In this document: positions 51,836 through 64,000 of the stretch, one piece after another
Position numbering within the stretch: position 1 is the first letter of the stretch
How the letters are laid out: every line of letters begins with the position of its first letter
Source: Phoronis australis
Taxonomy: Eukaryota > Animalia > Phoronida
Length of the DNA: 64,000 bases
NCBI GenBank assembly: GCA_002633005.1
Contig: NMRA01000117.1
Coordinates: 186,001 to 250,000, forward strand
Direction of reading: 5' to 3'
Made by a program: the position numbers and the translations under genes
Notes under the pieces: generated by a model
What the model was told of the DNA's origin: nothing
The model's database searches: none
What the model saw: the letters and a program-made list of their open reading frames with translations, nothing else

Positions 51836-53283
51836 GCGGCATAGAACGCGAAAGCTCGTCTAAAATATTTGTCAAACAATTCTTGACAAAAGCACCATTC
51901 CGCAACGTCTACTACAGACAAAATCACAAAATTCACGATTTTCAAAATAGGTACGAACGAAAAACTCTGTAGTCACCACAGAGTTTCTAATGTCCCTCCC
52001 AGTCAGATAAATGCATGCATGCGCTCACAGTTATCTGAGAAACAAGTGAATGGTTTCTTTCTCAGTTAATTAATACTGTTATTTTGTTTATATCGTCACC
52101 TTGGTACTTCAGTTCCTGTTAGCCTCGCTTTTTTATTATCTTAGGTACTTTCTCTTATGTTTCGGGCTTGCCCTGCATCGCCTCTGTAACATTTTCAGTT
52201 CATGCTGTTGTTTGTTTACGGGGTCATTATTTACTTCTTTCCTTATCTTACTTATGGTACTTTCATTTCACTCCGCGTACTTGTTTTTCCTATTTACCAC
52301 TTTGTCTTATTGTTTTGTTCAGTCTTCCATGCATTACGTTTGTATTTTTAGCCTTACTTTAGTTCAGTTCGTTACTGCCACGACACCAGGGTGAGTTCAC
52401 ACCCGGCAGCTGTTGCAGCACTTGGGTAAACGTACCTCCCCCTCCAGCCTTGGCCCCTGGAGTTAGGGTTTGGTATCCGGCTGCCAGCCTCTGTAAGTAT
52501 GCGAATCTACACAATACCTCCTTTTCCTCCCTTTTCTTTTGGTGCGTCCCTGCGGATGGGCATGAGATGTCTTCAACATCTCTCGTGGCGCTTTTTATTG
52601 CCCATCTTTCCAGAGATTATTATTTTATCTTTATGTTATTTCTACACTCATATTTCTGTACCTTATCAGTCATAATAAATGACCTTATATTGCCTATACA
52701 CGGTCTCCTTTGTATCTCTGGAAACGGAGCTTGCGACGCACCTATTATTTTCGGGACATATTCCGAGCATAAATATTAACGGCAGATTATCACATGTGTG
52801 ATCGCACTCCGAATCTTAGGTTTACAGCACAGTATGAGGCAAACCAGTGAAGCCAGCAGTTTTCTAAAAAAATAATTCTATGTACGTTTTTGAGCATACT
52901 TGAATATTACGATACCTTTATAAATGAAACAGGACTTAATCAATTGCTTCTTAATCGTATTGACTGCTACGTAGTCGCCGTTGTTTTGTTTACATCAATG
53001 ACCAAAGGTCACATATGCCACATAAGGGAAATGTGCCACTACGTGTTTGTCATGCCATACCAAATAAGGAGACACGCTTTGCCTTGTGGGAGAAAAATCG
53101 ATTAAGTGACGAGTAGTTGTCATATGTTCTTTTGAAGTTTGAAACTAAAAGAAAAATGCTTGGACATCATCAGAAATTCAAAATCTTTATGAACAAACTT
53201 TAAAAATAGCCGATGAGCAGGTTGAATTCTGTTTCAATGACAGAATCATTCAACCGAGTCTATTTTTCGCGTTTCAGGCCTCT
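51836..53283. mobile_element. Kolobok-like element copy 2 with a ~700-bp internal insertion (~52053-52760)
   Basis: Aligns to 47149-47918 on both sides of the insertion; right end TCGCGTTTCAGGCCTCT|TTAA. Confidence 0.65.
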
Positions 53284-55010
53284 TTAATGCAACAATGCAG
53301 GCCGTGGAGGAGGGCACGTGCCTCGTGTTGGTCAGAGTGAATCCCTGGCGTTGGGGTAACATGGGGCATTCGAAAAAAACAAAAAAAACAGCGAAGCATG
53401 TAGAAGAGAAACAATTTTAGAGACCCATGTCGGGACATTTTTACTAGTCAGAGGAGTCCCATGGTTTTGCAGTATAGATAGTATTAAAGGCATTTGAAAA
53501 TGTCAATGAACTTCAAAAAAGATTTTGTTAAATATTTTGTTTTCATATAGTATGGATAAATACAAAAGATGACATGCATAGAATTACCATTATATCTGGT
53601 CAATAGGTAAACATTACAAAACAGTAATAACATAGGCCAGATATACACGTAAATATACAATATACACGCATGCTACATGTATTTACATACACAGATATAT
53701 TAATGTACACACACATACATTCACTCTTACACACAAATGTGCAAGCGGAAAAGTCCGATAAAACTCATTACTCATAGATCTTTCTGAGTAAATTCACCAA
53801 TTTATATAGGATTATTTAATAATTAGAAAACAATATTTTAAGTAATCGTTGATGTTTCGGTAAACTTAGTTGCAGTGAATAGCTAAGAACACAAGCTAAT
53901 TTTGCCATCTGAAATAAGCCTCTAAGAAATTGGTGTTTCGGCAAATTTTGACATAAGTTGATGAAATTTGGTCAATTCTTAATTATTTTACCCACGGAAA
54001 GCAGCCACCGTAAACTCGTTTACTTTGTGTTCCAATAAGGGATTTTGAAGCAGCCCAGGGACCGCAAAAACCACACCCGAGGTGTGCCTTCAAAGCACGA
54101 CCCTAACAAAGTGTACTTTTTTCCAAACTGGACCCTAGTAAGATGCATCTTGTCCTTACGTCTTATTTTCCCACTCCAAATTAGATGAACATACAACCTA
54201 AGTTTCCAAGACGATGTTTCGTTTAGTGAGGTGGTGTTATTTCTCCTAGTGCTTCGCCGGTCTTCTTTGTCTGCGGTAGGAATTTCTTATGTTACTTGTA
54301 TAATAATTTTCGGCACCCTAAGTACGTGGATTTTATAAAAAATACGCCACTATAAGTCAAAATCATGTCCTAAACGCGTAACGTGCGTAACATGATCGGG
54401 TCTAAAAAATGCTTTCTCGTGAAATTTTGTTGAAACACGACTACCCAAGTTTCTGGTAACTTCATTCCATGGGGTTCCCCTCAACAGCAAAATTCGCACG
54501 CCTATGGATGAAGGTTCGAATTAGTTTGTACCCCCCTGTTTGTTTTCCTACGGGCTTGGAATTGTATAGTTCAAAATCAGAACGTGATGCTTGGCCAAAT
54601 TAGTTAGAAACACAACGATGTGAATATGAAGTAGTTTGAATTTGCCAAATGTTTTTAATAACGAGTTTTGTGGCGAAAATGATCCGCCTTAAATCACTGA
54701 ACCGTGACGTGGTGCTGGGGAATAACACTATATGATGAGGGCTAAGTGAGCCCCTGAGGTACGTCATTAGTGCAAAGGTCACCTATTTGCAGAATTTTTT
54801 TGTTTTCACATTTACTAGTTGACAATTGATGAATACAACTGCACTTTGTTTAGCATAGATTATGCTAAAATAGCATTGTCGTTTAGTTCCTGCTATACAT
54901 TAATATAGTTAGGCGCATACAAATACATCTTAAAAACTTTGAAGAAATACGGTAAACCCTTTTTAACTACGTACCAGTTGATTGCATCTGGTTTTGCACT
55001 CTGATTTCAG

Positions 55011-55288
55011 GTTGCTGGTAACACCGCAAATATTTTCTGTCTATTTGGGATCAGTTACGAACAAACAATCGGAAATCACCAGAGATGTTACTCAAATCGT
55101 TCATCATCCCAAGTTATCAGAACTTTACAGTAGTCAAGTTCGATGGTACAACGACTGGGATTTCGCCTTACTGAAACTTTCGACGCCAGTGCAATTCTCG
55201 GACACCGTGCGACCTGTCTGTTTGCCTGATGGAAACCAACCTCCCCCCGTGTCAAGCTTGTGCTATGTCACAGGCTTTGGCTATTCCA
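55011..55288 (+). CDS. Transmembrane serine protease, catalytic Asp exon
   Basis: VYLGS...IVHHP...DWDFALLKLSTPVQFSDTVRPVCLP...CYVTGFG; phase 2 to 1, GTAGGT donor. Confidence 0.93.
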
Positions 55289-55799
55289 GTAGGTCCAAGA
55301 TGCAATGGGATGTAGAGAAATTCAGTTACATCTATCGTACATGCAGGCATATAGGTTTCAGCCACAGACGGGGGTCCTGTCTAATAGGTCCTAGCTCTAA
55401 CTTATTATGACCAAAAGACAAACAAACGCCGTTCAATTTAAGACATGCTTGCGTCTACAAATGAAGTTCCATGATAGAGCATTGGGGGAAAGTTAATTAA
55501 TTCTTATTAGTGGCGTAAATTAATTATTTGCGACGTAAAGTAATTGTTTGCGGCGTAATTTTACCTCGACACTTTCCTCCCAACGGCCATTCATAAAGTT
55601 CGGGTGCTTGCGTGCCCTCTCGCTTATATCACAGTGAAGGACTTACTAGGCAAAAGACCTGTTGTTTCGGCGTTGGTACATGAACCTGCTTGAATAAGCG
55701 CACATACACAATAATTTAGCGCTGTGTAAAGTCTAAACGATTTGTACGGATTGTTTTTTATTCTTGTCCTCTAAACGAACATTCAGTCATAGATTTTAA

Positions 55800-57308
55800 A
55801 GGCGAAGGCAACCTTTTTTCATGTCATTTTTTAGCAAAAATAGGGTTCGTTGATTATCCCAGACATATTTTTCACTTATTTTCAGCTTTTCGTAATTTAA
55901 TTAATTACTAGTCGTCTACTCCGGAAGTTACGTTTTGGGAGGCAAGAATTTCGCGCCAATTTCTTTTCATACAGTCTGACCAATGAGCTATACCAGGCGT
56001 GCGTTCAGTAGACGCTAGGACCTAGGCTAGGACCTAGCCAAAAGCTAGTCAAGGTCACGTGCTCTTATTTAAAATACACGGCAATATCTCGCGTAGTCTC
56101 GCAAAGTCTTGCTTTTAAGCTAGGTCCTAGCGTTACTGAACGGGAGGCAGGTATAGCTCATTGGTCTGACTGTGAGAGCAGTCGAGTCAGTCATTGTTCT
56201 ACCTCGGTTGTGATAAGTTCGGTCGTCGTTTGCTTTTGTTTACGAGTCAGTCAACATGCCATGCTGTTGCTGCCTACCGAGATGTACTCATTATCGTCTC
56301 ACGTACAGAGGAAGAACTTTCCCACTTGCCCGAGTGTTCCGCGACACACTCCCAGTGGATGGTGACTTGAGCACCCAAACTGCTTACATTCCGCCGCGCG
56401 AGTCCCTCGTCACACACATGGCACCTTCTAAATAGTTCCAATACAAATCCACAATAAACTTATCAAACTTATATGGCTCACCGATCTGTTCATTGGATGA
56501 CGAACTGTCCTTTTCACTGGGTGTCAAACTGGGCCTGTATTCGCTCCCACTACTCAACATCGCTGCACGGCTGCTTACAGGCTCTGGGATAGAGAAAACA
56601 GCACACGGGGAATCACTGCTAGTTCCTGGAATTGCACGCTATGGGGTACGTTTGGAGGCATGGGTGACAGTTGATGAAGTGCCTCCAGTCACTGTATATA
56701 GTGGCCACAGCTCGCGAGGCTTCTCGCTTCCAAAAACGCATTTCTCGGGGGTGGCGACGGGGCACTGCCGGTAATCAACAGCGACGGTACGGAACCCTTC
56801 TTCAGACGTTGTTTCGCAGGTTCCTTTATCAATTCAGCGTACATATCTCTGTCGTGATCTGACGGCTGAAAGTGTTTGCCACTGCTTTGTACGTTGCGTG
56901 AACGGGTAGCGCTGCGTTCTTCACACGAACGAGCTAGCCAAGTACGGCGAAGTGTGTCATCCTTCGGAAAGCGATGCAAGGTACCCAAAGCGCGTGTGAG
57001 ACGATAATGAGTACATCCTGGTACGCAGCAACAGCGTGGCATGTTGACTGACTCGTAAACAAAAGCAAACGATGACCGCCCTTATCACATCCGAGGTAGA
57101 ACAATGACTGACTTGACAGCTCTCACAGTCTGACTGTATGAAAAAAAAATTGGCGCGAAATTCTTGCCTCCCAAAACGTCACTTCCGGAGTAGAGGACGA
57201 TAAATTAATTAAATTACGAAAAGCTATAATTAAGTGAAAAATATGTCTGGGATAATCAACAGACCTTATTTTTGCTAAAAGTGACATGAAAAAAGGTTGC
57301 CTTCGCCT
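55800..57308. mobile_element. Kolobok-like element with long TIRs and a THAP-domain ORF
   Basis: TTAA|AGGCGAAGGCAACC...GGTTGCCTTCGCCT|TTAA; TIRs extend over ~300 bp; TTAA TSD, purine-purine termini and THAP are Kolobok hallmarks. Confidence 0.85.
56689..57042 (-). pseudogene. THAP zinc-finger domain ORF (117 aa), transposon-derived and probably degenerate
   Basis: MPRCCCVPGC...LHRFPKD...RRTWL...SGKHF...LKKGSVPSL; the third zinc-binding Cys appears replaced by Ser (AGT). Confidence 0.8.
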
Positions 57309-57351
57309 TTAAAGATGAAGCACGACTCTTCAAAGGTTTCTCATTTTCCAG

Positions 57352-57500
57352 AAATGGATTCATCAGCGTTTTCGACACTACTGCATCAAGCAAAAGTTCG
57401 GGTAATTCCGAAAAATCAGTGTTCACGGATGTACCCAAACATATTGACCACATCTATGATTTGCGCGGGCTACTCCACTGGACAGATAGATGCTTGTAAG
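57352..57500 (+). CDS. Transmembrane serine protease, penultimate exon (S1 pocket Asp)
   Basis: LHQAKVRVIPKNQC...MICAGYSTGQIDACK|GT, phase 1 to 0. Confidence 0.93.
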
Positions 57501-58099
57501 GTATGGATATCATATTCATAACTGAGCCGCCATGAGAAACTCCTGAAAGTGGAGAGCGAAATATATTTTTGTGCGTGAATTCCATTTTTGATTTCTCATG
57601 AACTCCTCTTGTTCCACGAATAGTGGAAACTGAAGATTCCTTCGGTTTCGATGTCTAATATCAAAATCAAAATTGGGTCACTTAACCCTGCAGAATCAGC
57701 CTGGATTTTTTTTTTTAAATATCTGAAGCATTTATTTCTGTTATGAGGAAGAACACCCACATTTTGTTCGCGGGATCAATTAGCGCTTACTAGGCCAGTT
57801 TAATTCACCGGCAAATCTCTCAGGTTAACTACTGAATGTGCGAACCAATGCCATCATGGCATCGACAATTCGAAGTCGAATTTGATTTTGCATTGAAGGA
57901 CTAACTGGAAAAGAGGAACATTTTTAACTAATGATTGCCTTAAGGTTTTCAAGTTGCGTTTCTTACCTGCTGACGGTTCTAGCGTGTCACAAGGTGGCTC
58001 AACCGCAGTTTTGGACCGGAACTGAATGTGAGCGACAACTAATGGCGCAGCTTTAGATTTTGACCTCATGAAAAAGACCCTACCGAAAAATGGTCCGTA

Positions 58100-58255
58100 A
58101 GGGCGGATCCAGGATTTTGAGTTGGGGGGAAGGCAGGGCAGAGTATTAGCCAGGATTTTTCCCGCCAGACATTCGCACCCCCGAACTTCCGAATGGAATC
58201 AGGGATAATTTCAGGGGGGCCATGGCCGTTGCCCCCTCTAGTAAATCCGCCAGTG
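58100..58255. mobile_element. GC-rich MITE (CAGTGGCGGAT family), reverse orientation
   Basis: AGGGCGGATCCAGGATTTTGAGTT...TAAATCCGCCAGTG. Confidence 0.75.
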
Positions 58256-59112
58256 GCCCGGGCGAGTCGTTTTTAACAGAGTATTATTTTAATGAGAAAT
58301 ATTTCGAAATCGTGAAAGAAGCACCCTTCCCCTGTTAAAAACTTGTCAGTTCATTGAAAATCCGTCAAAGTGGAGACATTTCAGTGGGATTTATGAGTAG
58401 CTCGTGCTTCGCGGAGAGATGTCAAAAGGGGAGAAGGAGTGGGGGCCGGTGAGGTGGGCAACAATAGGTCTCGACAGAAGGGGTGAATTTGAGGGGGTGG
58501 GGTAGCTGATAAGGGGAGTAGATCATTATTTCGCTCGTTATTTTGCCTGGGTGTTCATTCACATTAAATTTAGGCCTCGTCCTACTCTAACTTGATCATT
58601 TCTCAGCTTTAAAAAAGAAGCTGGGTCATTTTCACCTTCAAAAATGGCCCTTTTAGGTAATTTTGTGCTTCACCGGGGGGGGGGGGTTTGTGTTTAGTAG
58701 TGTCCAGAGAGAGACTTCCCAAATCCCCCTATGTTATCTGAACATGTGACAAAATTTCACTTTCTATTTTGTCGGTTAAGATATAGCATTCCTTCGTTCT
58801 ACGCAAATATCGAATGCAAGGCCCATTGGTGTTTTAATACCAATGGGTAGATAAAGAATAGCACAAAAACTGTCGTCTCGCGGTCCATTTATCGGAACGC
58901 ACAAAAAAGTCGAGATAATACTCTTGCGTAACGAGGCATTGTTATGTAACCACTCTGCGATGACTTGATTGACGGGGACGCGTGAATAAACAGAGTTGTT
59001 TTCTGCTCTCTGGTTTATCTGTGCACGCCTGTCGAAAAAGTTTAGAGGTCTCTGTTTTAGTGTTAATCTAAGTTAAAGAATGGCTTGTGTAATTTGTTTT
59101 TTTCCTATGTAG

Positions 59113-59271
59113 GGTGACAGCGGTGGACCTCTAGTCTGTTTGGACTCCCATAACCGATGGACAGTGCACGGTGTCGTAAGCTGGGGGAAAGGGTGTGCCG
59201 AGGCTGCCTATCCCGGAGTCTACGGTCACGTGGGCCAAATACTAGGATGGATACACAAATATGCCGGTTAA
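59113..59271 (+). CDS. Transmembrane serine protease, last exon (catalytic Ser)
   Basis: [52 protein letters not shown]. Confidence 0.95.
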   Translation, partial: GDSGGPLVCLDSHNRWTVHGVVSWGKGCAEAAYPGVYGHVGQILGWIHKYAG

Positions 59272-59919
59272 ATTCAAGTCTTGAGATATTCAACAATTCA
59301 GAATATAGTATGCGATGACTGTTATATAATTAGTGACTTTCATGGAGGTCAGTGTGTCTGTTTTCACTGAGACCCCAAAAATGTGACAATGAAATTTGCA
59401 TTACTCCACAAAAAGCCTTTTTAAAGGAATATAAAATCGCTTTATCATAACAGCGGTCAATACGAAAGTACGAAGGTAAACATGACTCCGAAATATGAGT
59501 TTATAACTCGATAATCTATCCAAATCCTATGTTAAACTTTTTGGCATCACCTTACGGAACGTCAAAAGAGTGCAAAAACATTGCTATGATTACTTGACGT
59601 AGGTCGGTTCTTGAGAAACAAAGGCACTGGTGGCCGCAAGAAAATCTTGCAGCGGAAATTGTGGAGTTCTGTACGATAATCTTCATGGTTCTCAGGTAGA
59701 GCCACAAAATTGTTGGTATGTAACATTTGTTTTAATTTTCTGTTATAGCTTATGGATATTATCTAGGCAAATATAACAAAGAATGTGTTGAGACTGCATT
59801 CGCTTTATTAATTTAAAACACATTTAACATATTTTTTAAAAGTTTTATGTATTTTATTATTGAAATTTAATTTTGTCAATCAAGTAACAAATGGGTCACT
59901 AAACAAAGAAATATACATA

Positions 59920-60040
59920 GGTTTGAGTGTTTTTAAAGTCGCACCTCAAATTGGCTTCAACTGTCCATGACGCAGGTGAGCCTCCAGTTTTCAACGGAGG
60001 GCTCTTGTGCCTTGTCAGTTAGACCACTGAGCTAGACACT
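59920..60040 (-). mobile_element. Possible degenerate tRNA-derived SINE
   Basis: Minus strand begins with A-box-like TAGCTCAGTGG; no cloverleaf. Similar degenerate heads near 17218-17285 (+) and 4590-4670 (-). Confidence 0.3.
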
Positions 60041-60684
60041 GTATTTAGCTCACGGTTAGACTCAGTTTGTAAGGTGACGAGCACTAATTTTCCACAAAAG
60101 TAAATACAAATACCTTTGTTTATTTCAAGCATGGTCAGTAGTGTGTATGTGTAATAAAACATTTCCTACAGTTCCCATTGCATGCAAACATTATATGGCA
60201 TTGAAAATGGGAAAATTTGCCATTGTAATTTGTTTTGTGCAAAAGTAAGTGGAGAAGTGCCGTATAGGCTCGAACTAGCAAATGACCGGAGATGTATGCT
60301 ATACATCTACCAGTGTTATCGTGTTTTATCCATTCATTTCTATCGACTGCCCGCATCCCCGTCACAATTCTAAATCGATACAATGGAAAGGTATGGTTAG
60401 TCATGTGTTTATCAAAGGTTTATTTACTCTAGGCTACCCGGTACTCGTTACATGGTCACGAGATTCTGTGCGTTCAAAGTCATCACTAACCGGATTTTTC
60501 GGTTCGAGTGTAGACTCACATTTATGTCAAATTTAATGCTGTCTTGCTTATAAATAAAATATAAATTGAAACAATTCTTCCTCGTCAGTCGTATTAGACG
60601 TTCATGTCAAAGTAAGAACAGAATAGGGAGAACCCGTTTTCTATAAATGGCCAACAACAGCAAACAAAACGAACAATACCACGG

Positions 60685-61818
60685 GAGGACCCAGGATTTC
60701 GAGTTAGGAGGCAGAAGCGGATTTAGGGGGGGGGGGGGGGGGNNNNNNNNNNNNNNNNNNNNNNNNNNNNNNNNNNCCAGATACCATTTGGCACGGTTCG
60801 GGAGCAAATTGTTGACTAGCACATGCACGCAACCAGGGGGCCTCGGGGGATGAATAAACAATGCATAGGCCCTGAACAAACCCCGTTTACCATTTTTTTT
60901 AGTCAAAAGGTCCGCAAACCCAAAAATTCGAGACCCCTGCATCCCTACATTTTAGATTGGGCGCGCGCATCTGCCGAAATTCTGGTTATTCCTGTGCCCT
61001 GGCCCCCCTAACTCAAAATCCTGGATCCGACCCTGGGAGGGACCAGGGCAGAGTATTAGCCAGGATTTTGCCCGTCAGACATTCGCACCCAACGAACTGC
61101 CAAATGGAATCTGGGATAATTTTAGGGAGGGGGCATGGCCCCCCTAAATCCGCCACTGAATACCACCAGGGTGTACCCGAGCCCGCTGGAAGAAAAAATA
61201 TCCTCCCATAAAGAAATTTCTTAAAAAGTCACCCTTTCGTGAGAAAATTTAATCAAAAATTCCTTTTGCGATCCCGCCGGCTACGCTTGCATGGCTGTAG
61301 AAGATGATGCACGCCTCACGCCGCCGACTGAGAAATCCGGGCGGAGAGACATTCGCACTCCGGCCGATAGCATTCTGAAAGCGGAGATAAACCCCCGATG
61401 TATGTGTGATAAATCTTAGAAGCATCACTAAATCATACCGTTCCATAGAGTTGAAATGAAAATGATACCCTTCAGTTGTAGTACGCCGGATCGATTTTAG
61501 CGGCATCCGTTGGACGCTAGTTCCCGGCAGTGGCGGATTTATGGGGGCGGGGGCAAGGGGGCCATGGCCCCCCTAAAATTCTCCCAGATACCATTTGCCA
61601 ATTCGGGGTGCGAATTGCTGACTAACATATGCGCGCACCCAGGGGGGCTCGGGGGGGGGCGAATGCACAGTGGCCTTGAACAAACCCCACCTTTTTTAAG
61701 GTTCACACTAAACCCAAAAATTCGAGACCGTACATTTTAGGCTTGGCGCGCGCATGTGGCGAAATCCTGGTTATTCCTGTGCACTGGCCCCCCTAACTCA
61801 AAATCCTGGATTCGCCCC
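60685..61818. mobile_element. Cluster of nested/tandem GC-rich MITEs
   Basis: Repeated GGCGGATTTA(G)n, AACTCAAAATCCTGGAT and TGGCGCGCGCAT modules; 60777-61030 resembles 61585-61818. Confidence 0.7.
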
Positions 61819-62884
61819 ATAGATGCAGTTCAGACGAAAAAGTCAGTCACTACCTTGACCGGAAAATCGACGCTTCCGGCCGCCGGGCCGGGCGACACAT
61901 CCCCACTCATATATATCGAAGTACCCCCGGGCTGCCTCCTCAGTTCTCACGGCTATGATGCCCCCCCCCATCGATGAGGATGCTCGGGCCGGGCGGCATC
62001 GCCTCGTCCAACCAAATGCCATGCATCCACTCGGCAATTCGTCCGACGCACCGGGTAGGCCTAACCCCGCCGTTATGACCGTCACTGGGCAGCTATAGCT
62101 AGGCCAGTGAGATGTAGGGCCTACGTAACCTACAGTACACATCGGAACGGAGTCTGTGTCGGCTCCCTCTTTGAACGGTCAGTTTCCCGTCGGCGGAGCA
62201 GTCCAAGACGCTGTCCAGATCGAGCCGTGCAGGGAACTAACTTTGGAGCCGGATGCAACTGACCGTGGCTCTTGTGCAGTGGCCCAACATTCAAAGCGTT
62301 CGGTAATAATCCCTAGTTGCCGTTAGAAATTTTAAGTCACTACGGGACAAATCGGTATGCATGCGTGCATTGTTCCCTGGGGCGTGTCATACATCAAACT
62401 TGCACTATCGACTCCGTGAATGGCTCCGCCGGTGGCCGACTGAGCCGGGCCCCGGCACCCGCCCGCTCGCGGGGCCGGGGTTTCAGTGTCGTGGGAAATC
62501 TAACTCATTATCTCGTAAACTCAGTATGAAGAGATTAAGATGAGATAATTCAAACGAATATTAAATGTTTATTTATCAATAAATGCATTACAAAGGTCCC
62601 CAACTTCGTCATTGTTTAAATTTTAGGTAACAAGAGAATCGCGCTTATCATTGTTTCGATGTAGTTCAATTTTATTTAGGGAAGATCTTTGAAAAAGATT
62701 GATGCACGCCGTAAACAAATATTTCTTATTAAACGAGGACAAGCAACATACATTATCGCTTGAAATAGTTTGAAGAAGCAAATATAGATTACATTTTAGT
62801 GCAAAATTTACATATGTTCATAGGCATTACTTCTTTCTACTTTTGAATTGCTTCAGGGAAGACATTCCATAAAAGTGCTTGAAC

Positions 62885-62981
62885 TGCACATCATGTGATT
62901 TAGCTTGTGACCAGGAAGATAAGCTCAAACTGGTAAAACTTAGCGATCCACGAGTGCCTGCGCATTGCCCCCACCAGTCAG
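62885..62981 (+). promoter_or_regulatory. Probable promoter / non-coding first exon of cathepsin B
   Basis: TCATGTGA E-box at 62891-62898; CAG|GTAGGT donor at 62981/62982 could pair with the TTTCAG acceptor at 63693. Confidence 0.4.
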
Positions 62982-63701
62982 GTAGGTGAACGGTTTCGTT
63001 GGTCTGATTTCCTAATTGAAATGAACCAATAGGCCTACTGTAAAAATAGTAAGAATTCATCACGAGTCCTTGGTGCAGTCTAATCCCAAACCGAAAGTTC
63101 ATAAGTTCGCTCATTGGGACAGCCGGGTTTCGTTATGACGTTATGTGTCTCGGCTGACTGCTTAGCTCAGTTAGTGTGGTGCTGTGATGCGTAGGCATCT
63201 TTACATGTCGTCTTCCTATAGGCAATATGTTTCCAATACCTTGAATATGGGACTCCACATTCAGAATATCGTGTCGACATCATGCCTTAGGGACGGTGTA
63301 CACAACAGTTATTTTTTGATGGAGGTGCGGATCTAGGATACCAGTCGTAAAGGGGAGCCCAACCACAGTTTTCAAAAGGAAAACTTCCACATAAGTAATA
63401 AAATCGGCATACCGACTGATTTTTTATCCATGGTCATAGGGGGAGAGTTACTGCCATTGAATAATTGCTCGTTAGTGGTAGTAAGTGCTTCTCAAATCAA
63501 TTTCAAATCAGGGACCCACCTTTCCGACTATTTCCCAACTAACTTTTAAGTGTCACTCATAGCTGTAACAGTGTCAGGACATTTTACTCTTAGATTCAGT
63601 TTGTTGTATGTGGATGGGTTAGATATTATTTGCCATGAGCTGAAATGTTTTTAGCCCGCTAGGTCTTCAGTACCAATTCATGAATTGTTTCAGGTACCAC
63701 A

Positions 63702-63827
63702 ATGAAAGCTGTAATCTTTGCCTGTGTAATAGCTACAGCCACTGCAGCATCCTTTCACCAATGGGACCCTAAGCCACTCTCAGATGAGATGGTTTATTTT
63801 GTCAACACCATTAAGACAACATGGAAG
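63702..63827 (+). CDS. CTSB: Cathepsin B, first coding exon (signal peptide and propeptide start); gene continues beyond window end
   Basis: MKAVIFACVIATATAASFHQWDPKPLSDEMVYFVNTIKTTWK|GT matches the cathepsin B propeptide PLSDELVNYVNKRNTTWQ, with a phase-0 intron after TTWK. Confidence 0.88.
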
Positions 63828-64000
63828 GTAGAGTATAACTGTATTATGCAGGTCAATGGTGTTGTAACAGCATCTTCATTTATGCACAGTTATAGTAGAA
63901 TTCTCAGTTGGACTGATGGACTTTTCTTGAATGCATGAACAACATTTGGTATGCAATAACTTGATGTAAAACTTTCTGATAGTTCTAATATGCTTTAAAT

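Overview
AT-rich, intron-containing animal (invertebrate-type) genomic DNA from a gapped assembly; the species cannot be determined from sequence alone. Gene calls come from manual translation and recalled family motifs, not database searches. In order: the 5' part of VPS35L (C16orf62, minus strand, five coding exons, running off the window start) lies head-to-head, 196 bp start-to-start, with a two-exon MED9. A complete intronless GEMIN6 ORF starts only 53 bp after the MED9 stop, with a strong 3' splice-acceptor signal and no AATAAA in the spacer; this dicistronic/operon-like arrangement is the top finding. Next come a convergent DCUN1D3 (single coding exon, probable ~16 kb 5'-UTR intron), a multi-exon type II transmembrane serine protease (TM, mucin-like stem, 2x LDLa, SRCR, trypsin domain) with a Tyr rather than Arg/Lys at the activation site and a one-base frameshift in the assembly, and the first coding exon of cathepsin B. 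Introns and intergenic DNA are rich in non-autonomous DNA transposons: 9-bp-TSD foldback MITEs, TTAA-flanked Kolobok-like elements (one with a THAP ORF) and GC-rich MITEs. Most short ORFs in the supplied track are spurious.
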